Shown here: piece by piece, positions 1-10,061 of the stretch
Layout: every line of letters starts with the position of its first letter
Position numbering within the stretch: the stretch's first letter is position 1
Source: Deltaproteobacteria bacterium UBA6601
GTDB lineage: Bacteria > Myxococcota_A > UBA796 > UBA9615
NCBI GenBank assembly: GCA_002433485.1
Contig: DJIF01000084.1
Coordinates: 61,286-125,285 of the forward strand
Direction of reading: 5' to 3'
Length of the DNA stretch: 64,000 nt
The notes under the pieces: generated by a model
Told to the model about the DNA's origin: nothing
Databases searched by the model: none
What the model saw: the letters and a program-made list of their open reading frames with translations, nothing else
Position numbers and translations under genes: made by a program

Positions 1-1623
1 TGAATCCACTGCGACGCTAACCTTCAGCTTGCTGATCTCAGGGTGCGCTTCAAGAATCCTACGCACCGCATTGATGGTCGGATAAGAGCGGCGCGCTGGG
101 CTCTTTGCTCCCTTGGCGAAGCTGAGGTCTCCGAGCAATACGATCCGAGCGCCACGTAGCACAGCCAACATGTCGTCAGGACAGCCATCTTCATCAAGAT
201 GACCGTTTAAATTCTCCGGATCATCCGGGCACAGGTCATCACCATCCAGAACCGCGTCCGCATCATTGTCCGGCTCAGGACAGCCATCGTGATCACGCCA
301 TGAGTCCATGTCTTCAGGCTCCAGCGGGCAGCGATCATCGCCATCAAGGATTCCATCCTCATCATTGTCTGGCTCGGGACAGCCGTCCTGGTCCTCGTGA
401 CCATCCACATCCTCTGCCTCGCCAGGACAGGCGTCCTCAGCGTCAAGCACACCGTCTTCATCGTTATCATCTTCAGGACAGCCGTTTTCATCGGAGTAGC
501 CATCGAGGTCCTCGGGATCCTCAGGACAGAAGTCATCCACATCGACCACACCGTCACCATCATTGTCCGGGTCAGGACAGCCATCGAGGTCCTCAAAGCC
601 ATCAAGGTCCTCAGCCTCATCAGGGCAGGAGTCATCGGGCTCGACAACCCCATCGCCGTCACGATCTCGGATCGGTCCGTAGGAAATACCAGCAAAAACC
701 CGGAACACTGGAGTTCCCACCCCACGCGAAAGGCCAGGGCCGCCACCAAAGACAGCGTCAATCCCCTTGGGAAAGCGCAGCCTGGCGCTCACCAGCAATT
801 CGGCCGGGCTGTGAGTCATGGCGCGGCCATCGTAACCACCGACCAACTCAAGGCCCGGCCCGACGATGCCGGCGCCGCTCAGCTCAAGGTTGAGGTCAAA
901 TCGCCGCGGCACCAGAGAAGCTCCCACAGCTAGCCCCCAGAGGATCTCATCGTCTGCCGCAATGTTGTCGCCAATAGCAGCGTAGCCAGGCTTGAAACGA
1001 TATCCGAAGTGCGCCGCCGCTCTGAGCTTGCGCATCGTCTTAGAGGCCGCCACCTTGACCCCTACAGTCGGCACCCCTGAGGTCAGGAAGATGTTGGGGT
1101 TGCCGGTCGGAAAGGTGATGAAGGGAATGACCGCGACCGAGAGGAACTTATTCTCTTCTCTGAGCACGCGAAAGCGACCCTCAACCCACAGATCACCGAG
1201 GGAAAAGACCTGCTCCTTGCCGCCCAGTTCCAAGATCCCTTCACCGGTACTAGCCACCTGCATAAATGCAATTCCAGCGTTCACTTCAACCCAATTGGTG
1301 ATGGCATAGCCGGCACGGAACTGCCCGGCAAAGAGCCCATCTACGGCACCGCCAGTGCGACGAAGGTCACCTGCGACCACCTGGAGCGGCCGATAGCCGT
1401 AGTTAAACGAGACATCAAAACCAAAGCTGCGACGCGGCAGTAACTGGCCGTCATGAACGAGAATGAAGTTGTGATAGGAGCCCACCGCCTGAAAGCGCTG
1501 AATATCAAGCGACGGCGGAGGTCCTGAGGGAGGACCGGCATCCTGTGCTCTCGTCTGCACAGGTATCCACGCCAGCATCAGGGCAATAACAGTCAGCAGA
1601 GTTCTGGCGCACGACACCACCAT
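1..1623 (-). CDS. OmpA-family outer membrane protein: signal peptide, beta-barrel-like N-terminus, 5 thrombospondin type 3-like repeats, start of OmpA C-terminal domain (3' end outside window)
   Basis: Not in the ORF track. I read the frame by hand and it is open from ATG 1623 (GGAG 5 nt upstream) to base 1. It reads MVVSCARTLLTVIALMLAWIPVQTRAQ...SLDIQRFQAVG...GLSRGVGTPVFRVFAGISYG-DRDGDG repeats-ILEAHPEISKLKVSVAVDS. Confidence 0.85.
   Translation of the reverse strand, partial: MVVSCARTLLTVIALMLAWIPVQTRAQDAGPPSGPPPSLDIQRFQAVGSYHNFILVHDGQLLPRRSFGFDVSFNYGYRPLQVVAGDLRRTGGAVDGLFAGQFRAGYAITNWVEVNAGIAFMQVASTGEGILELGGKEQVFSLGDLWVEGRFRVLREENKFLSVAVIPFITFPTGNPNIFLTSGVPTVGVKVAASKTMRKLRAAAHFGYRFKPGYAAIGDNIAADDEILWGLAVGASLVPRRFDLNLELSGAGIVGPGLELVGGYDGRAMTHSPAELLVSARLRFPKGIDAVFGGGPGLSRGVGTPVFRVFAGISYGPIRDRDGDGVVEPDDSCPDEAEDLDGFEDLDGCPDPDNDGDGVVDVDDFCPEDPEDLDGYSDENGCPEDDNDEDGVLDAEDACPGEAEDVDGHEDQDGCPEPDNDEDGILDGDDRCPLEPEDMDSWRDHDGCPEPDNDADAVLDGDDLCPDDPENLNGHLDEDGCPDDMLAVLRGARIVLLGDLSFAKGAKSPARRSYPTINAVRRILEAHPEISKLKVSVAVDS
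178..666 (-). repeat. Five ~33-aa (99-nt) TSP3-like Ca-binding coding repeats
   Basis: The unit DxDxDGVxDxxDxCPxxxEDxDGxxDxDGCP occurs five times, e.g. DNDGDGVVDVDDFCPEDPEDLDGYSDENGCP. Confidence 0.9.
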
Positions 1624-1758
1624 ACGGGCTCCCCATCGGCTGATTCTGATCCGGCCTTTAACAACAATAGCAATGGCCCAGGCGATGGGCGTCGGTTCCA
1701 CGCACCGCAACAGCACCTTAGCTTGCGCTGAAGCCAAAATGATGGCACCCCTTTGTGC

Positions 1759-2811
1759 ATGAATGTGTCGTCAAAACTGCTCTCTACCGCTCTCGACCAG
1801 GTGCTCAACCAGACTCGTCAGCTCAACCAGGCCCCCGAGCAGGACACTAGCGTCCTGAGCCGGGAGACCCTGCTGTTCCCGCTCGATGAACTGGAACTGC
1901 TGACCATTGAGGGGCGGGACCGCAGGCGTTTTCTCCATGCCATGCTCTCCGGCGAGGTCGCCGCGCTCACCGCAGGTGCAGGAGTGTGGGCGACCTTCAA
2001 CAACATCAAAGGCCGAACCATCGCCGACATTCGCCTGCTCGACATCGACCCCGATCCAAAACAGGGCTCCATGCTTGCACTGCTGGAGACCGGCGCCAGC
2101 GAGCCGCTGATCGAGAGCCTCGACCGTTTCATCATCGCTGAGAAGGTGTTCTTCGAACGGCCAGACGGGTTGTGCCTGTGGCTATTGGCCGGAGCCACAG
2201 CGGACGAGACTCTGCGCGACCTGGGTCTAGAGGTGCCCGAACAGGCCCCACTGGCTCACTGCCCGATCAGCAGAGACGGCCTGGAAGCTCGAGTAGTGCG
2301 CATGGACCGCAGCCACAGCGAAGCACGAGACCTGCTCCTCATCGTTCCCCAGCAGCAGGAGGAACTTATGCTTAGCCTGCTTTCAGAGATTCCACGCGGC
2401 TCATCTGAGCTGCTGGCTGCAGCCCGCATCGAGGCAGGACCACCGCGCTTCGGCATCGACTTCACCCACGGCAACATCCCCCTCGAAGCGAACCTCGCTG
2501 ATCGCGCCATCAACTTCAATAAGGGCTGCTATCCCGGGCAGGAAGTGATCTGCAGAATCAACTCGATGGGAGCCCCCGCGCGGCGACTCATGCGCCTGCA
2601 GGTCACCGCCGAGCGCCCGCCCGAGCCAGGTACGGTGCTATTTCATGGTAAGCGAGAGGTGGGCTACATCACCTCCGCAATTCGTTCAGCCCAATGCCAG
2701 CCCATCGCAGCCCTAGGCTACGTTCGCAAAAAGCTGTGTGAGGCAGGAACCATGTTCCACGTCGGAGAGGTTGGCGCTGCCGCAGAAGCACAAGTCCTGG
2801 AGTCCGCCTGA
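1759..2811 (+). CDS. ygfZ: YgfZ/GcvT-family folate-binding protein
   Basis: KGCYPGQE signature, GRDRRRFLH N-terminal motif, C-terminal VGYITSA...ALGYVR barrel. Start could also be TTG 1753. Confidence 0.85.
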   Translation: MNVSSKLLSTALDQVLNQTRQLNQAPEQDTSVLSRETLLFPLDELELLTIEGRDRRRFLHAMLSGEVAALTAGAGVWATFNNIKGRTIADIRLLDIDPDPKQGSMLALLETGASEPLIESLDRFIIAEKVFFERPDGLCLWLLAGATADETLRDLGLEVPEQAPLAHCPISRDGLEARVVRMDRSHSEARDLLLIVPQQQEELMLSLLSEIPRGSSELLAAARIEAGPPRFGIDFTHGNIPLEANLADRAINFNKGCYPGQEVICRINSMGAPARRLMRLQVTAERPPEPGTVLFHGKREVGYITSAIRSAQCQPIAALGYVRKKLCEAGTMFHVGEVGAAAEAQVLESA

Positions 2812-2838
2812 GTCTGGACCCATGGCCCCATTGATCCC

Positions 2839-3690
2839 CTACTCCAGGGTCCCGACCTCCTGGATCCAGGCAAACACCTTCGAGTACCACTGCGGTTGGA
2901 CCGCGACTACACCTCTGCAGCGGGTATCGACTCGATTAAAGCGATGCTCATCCCCGCCGAGGTCAGTAACCCGTGCGCCGGCCTCTGAGCACAGCAACAC
3001 ACCTGCAGCTACGTCCCACTCGTGGCGAGGCTTGCGGGTGAAGTAAACCTGGCCTTCACCACCAGCCAGCAAGGCCAATTTCCAAGCCGTAGAGCCCATG
3101 GCTCGCACCTGCATGCGTTCCGCGAAACGCGCAAATTCACCCCGTCGGATCTCGCTTCGGCTCGCCAGCAGAATGGCCTCATCAAATGAACTGGATGCAG
3201 TGATCTGACAGGCAGCGCCATTGCGCCATGCGCCCTGTCCGCGCACAGCAGTGAACAGATCTTCGGTAGCCGGATTGTAGAGCACTGCAAGCAAAGGAAT
3301 GCCCCCGTCTACCAGGGCCACCGAAATGGCAAACTCCGGAATCCCAGCAACGTATTCGCGAGTTCCATCAATGGGGTCCACCACCCACACATAGCGAGCC
3401 GAGAGCCGTACCGGGTCGTCGGCGCTCTCTTCCGACAGCCAGGCAGCCTCAGGAAGGAGTCTCAAAAGATGTTCGCGCAGCACCTTGTCGGCTTCAAGGT
3501 CTGCCTCTGTAACCGGGTTGCGGATGTCCTGAGCAGCCCCTTCAACCTTGGTTCGACGGCCCTGTTCATCCTTAGCCCAGGTCACAGGGCTGGACTGAAA
3601 TCGATCCATTACCGGCAGTGCTGCAACCTGAACGGCCGCAACCACTCCCGGCAAGAGGCGAGCTGCATCAACTTCAGCGGACGTATTCAT
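2839..3690 (-). CDS. Inositol monophosphatase family (CysQ-like 3'(2'),5'-bisphosphate nucleotidase)
   Basis: PVTEAD, SEES, WVVDPIDGT and WDVAAG motifs. Confidence 0.85.
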   Translation of the reverse strand: MNTSAEVDAARLLPGVVAAVQVAALPVMDRFQSSPVTWAKDEQGRRTKVEGAAQDIRNPVTEADLEADKVLREHLLRLLPEAAWLSEESADDPVRLSARYVWVVDPIDGTREYVAGIPEFAISVALVDGGIPLLAVLYNPATEDLFTAVRGQGAWRNGAACQITASSSFDEAILLASRSEIRRGEFARFAERMQVRAMGSTAWKLALLAGGEGQVYFTRKPRHEWDVAAGVLLCSEAGARVTDLGGDEHRFNRVDTRCRGVVAVQPQWYSKVFAWIQEVGTLE

Positions 3691-3753
3691 GGCGACCTTC
3701 CGTCCCCACCCAATAGGACCATCAAGCTACGGATAGCTGAACAGCCGCAGGGC

Positions 3754-5133
3754 TCAGACCAGCTCAGCAATCCGAGCGCCAGCCTCCTCAACCTGCTCAA
3801 GGGGGACATAGAGACGATGGATAAGAAGTTGCTGATCATAGCGATTGAACAACTCGGTGGACTCCTCCAGCTCGACCGCACGCAGCTCTTTGGCGCCACG
3901 ATAGGGCGAGCCAAGAACATAGATCGGCGAGGGCGCCTCAGGAGCGCCGCTAGAGGAATTGCCTAGGGGAAGACTCCCCTGGCCAACCGAGTCAGCATTC
4001 TGGCGCTTCGCAAAGTACTTGCTTAGGACTCCTTTGCTGGCGCTGTGGATGGTGGGAATCCCGAGTTCGGCAAGGGCCGCTTCGATCGGGCCGAGATCAA
4101 CGTCATGAGGCTCACCATGGCGCTCCAACAGCAGCTTGTACTCCCGTCTTTCAACGATACGACGAGCCCACTCATTGTCGCTCGAGCGGAGATGGGCGCT
4201 CATGTGAACGTCATCAAAACGGGCGTAGTCCTCGATGCGATGGGGGAGCGCATAGCCATCACCACCCGACTGAAAGTATCGCTTAAGCATTTCTTCGTAA
4301 CCAACGCTTCTGTGATGAAAATAAACCATCAGAAACATGTGATATCGAGCGATAAGAAAGTCATCAAAGGCATAAATCGCGCGGGCCTTGAGAGCCAGAT
4401 AGGCCGAGTCGTCGACCAGGTGATGACTGAGGTGAGCCATCAGCCAGCCCACATCGAAGACCCCATAGTGGACACCGGCGAAGTGAGAGTCTCGGGCAAG
4501 GTAGTCCATCCGATCCACATCCAGTTCCGAGCTGATCAACTGCTGGAGCAACGGCCGAAAGTCGACTCCTGCGCAGCGGTACCAGGCCTGATCCACCTGC
4601 AGGCTCGGCTCAACCAGGCCGGCAACCGCCAACGCCGGCAGCTCAACCACCGACTCCAGCACCGAGGTGAGGCTGGAATCAGTGATGATCTTGATGGTGT
4701 AGTCCTCATGACTGGCCTGACGCTCGACGGGAAAGTCCTCAGGCTGCTCTCGGTAGGCCGGCACATCCAGCAACCCCAGCGGCGGCATCGCGAATTCTGA
4801 GGCATGAGAAAACGGTGCATGGCCGACGTCATGGAGGAGGGCCGCAATGCGAACCAGACGCCGCATCTCAGCACGACGCGAGCCGTGGACCATTCCATCT
4901 GCGCCCCCTTCGGGAAAGATGGCGTCAAAGGCACGGCCGGCCAGGTGCATAGCACCCACGCTGTGAAGATAACGATTGTGGGTCGCGCCCGGGAAGGAGA
5001 GGTCTGAGAAGCCCAACTGCTTGATGTGCCGAAGTCGCTGCAGCAAGGGGTGGTCAAGCACCTCAAGCTCACCGCGACTGATGGAAATCGCTCCGTGGAT
5101 GGGATCTCGAACTTCGATGGGACTGTGCTTCAC
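3754..5133 (-). CDS. HD-domain phosphohydrolase (SAMHD1/dNTP triphosphohydrolase-like)
   Basis: RDPIHG, QRLRHIKQLG, HNRYLHS, LLHDVGH, SHASE and DVDRMDYLARDS motifs. Confidence 0.9.
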   Translation of the reverse strand: MKHSPIEVRDPIHGAISISRGELEVLDHPLLQRLRHIKQLGFSDLSFPGATHNRYLHSVGAMHLAGRAFDAIFPEGGADGMVHGSRRAEMRRLVRIAALLHDVGHAPFSHASEFAMPPLGLLDVPAYREQPEDFPVERQASHEDYTIKIITDSSLTSVLESVVELPALAVAGLVEPSLQVDQAWYRCAGVDFRPLLQQLISSELDVDRMDYLARDSHFAGVHYGVFDVGWLMAHLSHHLVDDSAYLALKARAIYAFDDFLIARYHMFLMVYFHHRSVGYEEMLKRYFQSGGDGYALPHRIEDYARFDDVHMSAHLRSSDNEWARRIVERREYKLLLERHGEPHDVDLGPIEAALAELGIPTIHSASKGVLSKYFAKRQNADSVGQGSLPLGNSSSGAPEAPSPIYVLGSPYRGAKELRAVELEESTELFNRYDQQLLIHRLYVPLEQVEEAGARIAELV

Positions 5134-5272
5134 GGCAGGGCGAATCTAACAGCTTGCAGTCTTAGCTGCTCGCTACTTCCCTGAGTCGTTGCAGATCCAC
5201 GCCAGGAAAGCTATACGCCCGCCTTACCGGCAGGGACTCACCAGTTCCTGCTCGGCCCAGCAAGGAGCAGTG

Positions 5273-6631
5273 ATGAGCCCCCATCCGCCACGAAGACAGA
5301 GCATTCGCGAGATCCTCAGCGCAGTCAGCGCCGGTACCGAGGTGCACCTCACCGGCTGGGTGCGAAACAAGCGGGTGTCCAAGGCGGTCGCCTTCCTGGA
5401 GCTCAACGACGGCTCCATGCTTTCCAACCTGCAGCTGGTGTTCCCCGCTGACGGCCTGGGCCCGCAAGCCGCCGAGCCCATCGGCAAGGGTTCGGCCATT
5501 GCGGTCACTGGAACCATCTGCCCATCTCAGGGCAAAGGTCAAAAGTGGGAAGTTCAGGTCAGCACAATCCAGCTGGTAGGCGACTGCCCGGATGACTACC
5601 CACTTCAGACCAAGCGGCACTCATTCGAGTTCCTCCGGGAGAAGGCCCACCTACGGCCACGCACACGCACCTTCTCCGCAGTGTTCCGGGTGCGAAATGC
5701 CCTTGCAATGGCCATTCACAACTTCTTTCAGCAGCGTGGCTTCCTGTGGATCCACACTCCCATTATTGCCGCCAGCGATTGCGAAGGCGCCGGTGACCTG
5801 TTTGAGATCAAGGCGACTGAAGCAGAAAACTTTTTTGGCAGCCCCACCTACCTGACCGTATCAGGGCAGCTAAACGTCGAGGGCTATGCCAGCGCCTATA
5901 CGGACGTCTACACCTTCGGGCCCACCTTCCGCGCCGAAAACTCTCACACCGCGCGACACGCCGCCGAATTCTGGATGGTCGAGCCGGAGATCGCCTTCGC
6001 TAACCTGAACGACCTGCTCGATCTCGCCGAAGACTTCATCCGCATGACCTCTGCCGAGGTGCACGAGCGCTGCGCGGAAGACATGGAGTTCTTCGATCGC
6101 TGGATCGAGAAGGGGGTCATCGAGAAGGTCCGCAGCACCCTGGCACGACCCTTTGAGCGGATGACCTACAGCGATGCGATCGCTGCGCTGAAGAACAGTG
6201 GGCGCAGTTTTGAGTACCCGGTTGAATGGGGGGTGTCGCTGCAGACTGAGCACGAACGCTATCTGGCTGAAGAATTCGTTGGTGGCCCGGTTTTCGTGAC
6301 CGACTACCCCACCGACCAGAAAGCCTTCTACATGCGACTCTCAGACGACGGCAAGACCGTCGCTGCCACCGACCTGCTGGTTCCGCGGCTAGGCGAGATC
6401 ATCGGCGGTAGCCAGCGGGAAGAACGCGCCGATGTGCTCAGCTCCGAGATGAAGCGTCGCGGTCTCGAGAGCGCGCCATATTGGTGGTATCAGGAGCTGA
6501 GACGCTACGGCACAACGCCCCATGCTGGCTTCGGTCTGGGCTTTGAGCGACTGCTCATGTACCTCACCGGCATGCAGAACATCCGTGATGTAATCCCCTA
6601 TCCGCGGACTCCCGGGCAGGCCGACTTCTAA
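5273..6631 (+). CDS. asnS: Asparagine--tRNA ligase
   Basis: GWVRNKR OB fold, [38 protein letters not shown] and [15 protein letters not shown] lies 5 nt before ATG 5273. Confidence 0.97.
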   Translation: MSPHPPRRQSIREILSAVSAGTEVHLTGWVRNKRVSKAVAFLELNDGSMLSNLQLVFPADGLGPQAAEPIGKGSAIAVTGTICPSQGKGQKWEVQVSTIQLVGDCPDDYPLQTKRHSFEFLREKAHLRPRTRTFSAVFRVRNALAMAIHNFFQQRGFLWIHTPIIAASDCEGAGDLFEIKATEAENFFGSPTYLTVSGQLNVEGYASAYTDVYTFGPTFRAENSHTARHAAEFWMVEPEIAFANLNDLLDLAEDFIRMTSAEVHERCAEDMEFFDRWIEKGVIEKVRSTLARPFERMTYSDAIAALKNSGRSFEYPVEWGVSLQTEHERYLAEEFVGGPVFVTDYPTDQKAFYMRLSDDGKTVAATDLLVPRLGEIIGGSQREERADVLSSEMKRRGLESAPYWWYQELRRYGTTPHAGFGLGFERLLMYLTGMQNIRDVIPYPRTPGQADF

Positions 6632-7758
6632 CCAGCAATCAGTTCGGCAAGAGCCTCCTCAACTTCAGACCGCACGAAAGCGTCGCTATCACTGCGCGCC
6701 GCCTGCAGCGCCGCCTGGGCTTCAGCCCCAGCCAGGCGACCCAGCGCCCATGCCGCATGCCCTCTCACCAAAGGCTCCGCTTCCTCTTCTAGACAACGAA
6801 CCAGCGCCGGCACCACCCTGGCATCACCGCTATTGCCCAAAGCAACCGCAACGTTGCGCAGCAAGCCCCTGCGTTTGGTGCGCTTTATAGGGCTTCCCTT
6901 CAACTCACGAGAAAAGCGTTCCTGGCTCCAGCCAAGCAGCTCTTCGAGGACCGGCGCAACCAGGACCTCACGAGGCTTAAAGCGGGGCTCGGGGCTCTCT
7001 GTCGCGAAGCGATTCCAAGGGCAGGCATCAAGGCACAAGTCACAACCAAAGATCCACTGACCGATGAGCGGCCGAAGCTCTCTGGGAATGGGGCCGCGCA
7101 ATTCAATGGTCAGGTAGGAGATGCACAAGCGGGCATCCATTCGACCAGGCTCGGCAGCTGAGATGGCCCCTGTAGGACAGACTTCCAGACAAGACCTACA
7201 GGTGCCGCAGTGGTCCTCCATCGGGGCACTGGGCTCGACCTCAACCCGAGTAATTATGGAGCCCATAAGCCACCAGGAGCCATGCTCCTTGGAGACCCCG
7301 TTGGTGTGCTTGCCGATCCAACCCAGCCCACTGCGCTGGGCCCAGGCCTTCTCAAGCACCGGCCCCGTATCCACGTAACTGCGAGAGTCGGCGTCCTCCA
7401 GGACTGCTGCCAACTCCTTTACTCGCTCCAGAAGCGCATCATGGTAGTCATCGCCCAACGCATAGCGGGCAATTCGACCCCGAGGTCGGTCGTCTTCAGG
7501 AGGGGGCGGCTCCGGAAAGTGATAGCTCATTCCCACCGACAGGACCGAGCGCGCCCCATCAACAACCTGCCTCGGATCACTGCGCCTCTCGGGATTGCGG
7601 GCCAGCCAAGCCATCTCTCCGTTACGCCCCTCGTCGAGCCAGCGACGGAGCCTATCTCCCTCAGAACCAGGGATGGCTCGCGACACACCGACACTCAAGC
7701 CCAGGGATGCAGCCCGAGCGCGGATCTCAGCCAGCGAGATAAAATCTCTACTACCCAT
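6628..7758 (-). CDS. queG: tRNA epoxyqueuosine(34) reductase with C-terminal HEAT repeat
   Basis: ARYALGDDYH, VDTGPVLEK, CGTCRSCLEVCP, CISYLTIE, FGCDLCLDACPWN and RNVAVALGN. Start set at ATG 7758. Confidence 0.95.
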   Translation of the reverse strand: MGSRDFISLAEIRARAASLGLSVGVSRAIPGSEGDRLRRWLDEGRNGEMAWLARNPERRSDPRQVVDGARSVLSVGMSYHFPEPPPPEDDRPRGRIARYALGDDYHDALLERVKELAAVLEDADSRSYVDTGPVLEKAWAQRSGLGWIGKHTNGVSKEHGSWWLMGSIITRVEVEPSAPMEDHCGTCRSCLEVCPTGAISAAEPGRMDARLCISYLTIELRGPIPRELRPLIGQWIFGCDLCLDACPWNRFATESPEPRFKPREVLVAPVLEELLGWSQERFSRELKGSPIKRTKRRGLLRNVAVALGNSGDARVVPALVRCLEEEAEPLVRGHAAWALGRLAGAEAQAALQAARSDSDAFVRSEVEEALAELIAG

Positions 7759-7865
7759 CTGTGGAGCACCTCCCTGGAAGATCAGGCAGCACAGGTCCCT
7801 GGGACCGGAGCGTTTACAATGGTAGCGGTGAGGGTGAAAATGATCAGTGCCGCCGCGCAAACTGA

Positions 7866-9968
7866 ATGGAGTTCTCCTTGATGAACCGCTTTCTCATGCT
7901 GCTCTGCCTGATCCTGTCCAGCTCCTTGAGTATGGCCTGCGAACAACGGGAATCCCCAACCCCACAAGGTGACGACGACGATGACGACCTCGCCAACACG
8001 GTAAATGAGGAGGACCTCGACGGCGACGGCTTCTGCCCCTCGAACCAATGCGAGGACCTCTCTCTTTACGGGGGCGACTGCGATGACGAGAACCGACTGA
8101 TAAATCCCGGCGCAACGGAGAGCTGCGACACCCTGGACAACGACTGCGATGGCCGTACGGACGAGCCCTTTGACGTCGACCAGGACGGCTTCTTCGACGG
8201 TCTCGTCCCCGACTGCATCCTCAACTACCCAGAGGAACAGCTCGACTGCAACGACCAGTTGGCCCTCATCAACCCCGCGGCAGAAGAGGCCTGCGATGGC
8301 AATGACACCAACTGCAACGGCCTCATCGATGACGGCCTCGATCAGGACGGCGACGGCTACCGCATCTGTGACGTACCGGCCGACTGCAATGATGAAGATG
8401 CCTCGGTCTTCCCCAATGCGACCGAGCTGTGCGATGGCGCGGACACCAACTGCAATGGCTTCATCGACGACGGCGTCGGGCTGGAATTCGCCGACAGCGA
8501 TGCTGATGGTTGGAGCGACTGCACAGGCGACTGCGACGACAACGACTTCACGGTCAATCCCGGTGTCATGGAAGCCTGCGATGAAGCGGACAACGACTGC
8601 GATGGTGAAGTTGATGAAGGGCTGGACAACGATGGTGATGGAGTCCCTGGCGCACATCCCGGCTGCCTGGCCCAGTTCGGCGCTGTGGACTGCGACGACG
8701 ACGACCCCTCACTGTTTCCGGGCGCCCCCGAGGTCTGTGATTCCCTGGACAACAACTGTGATGGACAGATTGACGAGAACCTCGACTTCGATGGTGACGG
8801 CTTCAGCTCTTGCCAGGGCGACTGCGCATCCCTTGATGCCAGCGTTTTCCCTGGGGCTACCGAGGCCTGCGACGGCATCGACAACAACTGCGACGGCACC
8901 ATCGACGAAGGCTTTGACAACGATGGTGATGGTCAGTCCCCCTGCGATGGTGACTGCAACGACCTGCTCGATACGGTGTACCTCGGCGCACCCGAGCTCT
9001 GCGATGGCAGCGACAACGACTGTGATGGTCAGATCGGCAGCAACGAAGTCGACCAGGACGGCGACGGCAGCTCAGAGTGCGACGGCGACTGCGATGAGAA
9101 CAATGCCGAGATTGGGCCCGCAGCGAGCGAAGTCTGCAACGCAATTGACGACGACTGTGATGGCATCGTGCCGGCAGACGAACTCGACAACGACCTCGAC
9201 GGCTTCGTGGGCTGCACCCCACCTGGCTGCTCCATCGCGCTACTCAACGACGGCGACGATGCCTCCTTCTGGAGTTCGATGGATGCCCTCGACGCGACTG
9301 GAATGGACACCGTGCAGTGGGACGGGGTAGCCGCCAGCAACGTCCTGATTGACGTCAACAACTTCAGCGATCATCAGGTACTGGTCTGGTACACCACTGC
9401 ACGCAGCCTGTCTGCCGCGGAGTTGAGTGGCTTAGAACAGTGGTTGGGCCTAGGTGGTGGCCTGATCGTTACCGGCGCTGATGCCCTTTCCAACTCATCA
9501 ACATTTGACCCCAATGGGGGCAGTGAAGCACTCGTAGATGGCAGCAATCTGGCAGCCCTGGTTCGGTCCCAGACCTGGGGTAATGGCCCTCAAACCAACA
9601 GCTGTGTAGTCAACAGCAGTGGCAACCCAATCATCGATGGTCCACACGGATCATGGGCCAACGGCTTCACCTTCTCCGCGACCGACCCGAATCATGAAGC
9701 TGCCATCGCAGACAGTTCTTCAGGCGCGATCCGCGTGGCATCAGTAGGAAACCGCGCCAAACTCATCTTTACTGAGCTGGCAAGTGGCGGCTCGGTGCTC
9801 TACTGGAACGGCAATGCAGGGCTCAGCGACTGGAGCGAGGCAAACGCCCCCGACATGGCCGCGATGCTGCGCAATGCGGTCCACCACATGAACCTGGGCT
9901 GTGCGGTCATGCGCGGCGGCGACTGCGACGACACCAACCCAAGCCTGATGCCCGGGACCTGCCTCTGA
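7866..9968 (+). CDS. Exported (probable lipo)protein with putative metal-binding (MopE-type) Cys/Asp repeats and an inserted globular domain
   Basis: Hydrophobic N-terminus ending SMAC, eight CDxxDNxCDG-type units, and a ~233-aa non-repeat block before a final partial unit. Confidence 0.85.
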   Translation: MEFSLMNRFLMLLCLILSSSLSMACEQRESPTPQGDDDDDDLANTVNEEDLDGDGFCPSNQCEDLSLYGGDCDDENRLINPGATESCDTLDNDCDGRTDEPFDVDQDGFFDGLVPDCILNYPEEQLDCNDQLALINPAAEEACDGNDTNCNGLIDDGLDQDGDGYRICDVPADCNDEDASVFPNATELCDGADTNCNGFIDDGVGLEFADSDADGWSDCTGDCDDNDFTVNPGVMEACDEADNDCDGEVDEGLDNDGDGVPGAHPGCLAQFGAVDCDDDDPSLFPGAPEVCDSLDNNCDGQIDENLDFDGDGFSSCQGDCASLDASVFPGATEACDGIDNNCDGTIDEGFDNDGDGQSPCDGDCNDLLDTVYLGAPELCDGSDNDCDGQIGSNEVDQDGDGSSECDGDCDENNAEIGPAASEVCNAIDDDCDGIVPADELDNDLDGFVGCTPPGCSIALLNDGDDASFWSSMDALDATGMDTVQWDGVAASNVLIDVNNFSDHQVLVWYTTARSLSAAELSGLEQWLGLGGGLIVTGADALSNSSTFDPNGGSEALVDGSNLAALVRSQTWGNGPQTNSCVVNSSGNPIIDGPHGSWANGFTFSATDPNHEAAIADSSSGAIRVASVGNRAKLIFTELASGGSVLYWNGNAGLSDWSEANAPDMAAMLRNAVHHMNLGCAVMRGGDCDDTNPSLMPGTCL

Positions 9969-10061
9969 GCGGCAGGATTCGCTAGCGCCTGGTCAGGAAC
10001 CCCGGTTCCACCCGGTCCCTCGCGGTTCTCGTTGCAGTACCCACACCAGCCCAGCTCTAGT

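Noticed and set aside
207-933. Track ORFs 207-761, 300-893 and 397-933
   Set aside because: These are alternative-frame shadows of the TSP3 repeats in the real minus-strand ORF 1-1623.
3754-5133. Anti-phage dGTPase defence gene
   Set aside because: It sits in a housekeeping context with no defence neighbours, and this HD family is widespread.
7782-9361. Long overlapping ORFs such as 7782-8657, 8149-9330 and 8357-8920
   Set aside because: These are off-frame or antisense readings of the Asp/Cys repeat gene.
9970-9990. GCAGGATTCG resembling a reverse-complement tRNA T arm
   Set aside because: No cloverleaf or acceptor stem surrounds it.
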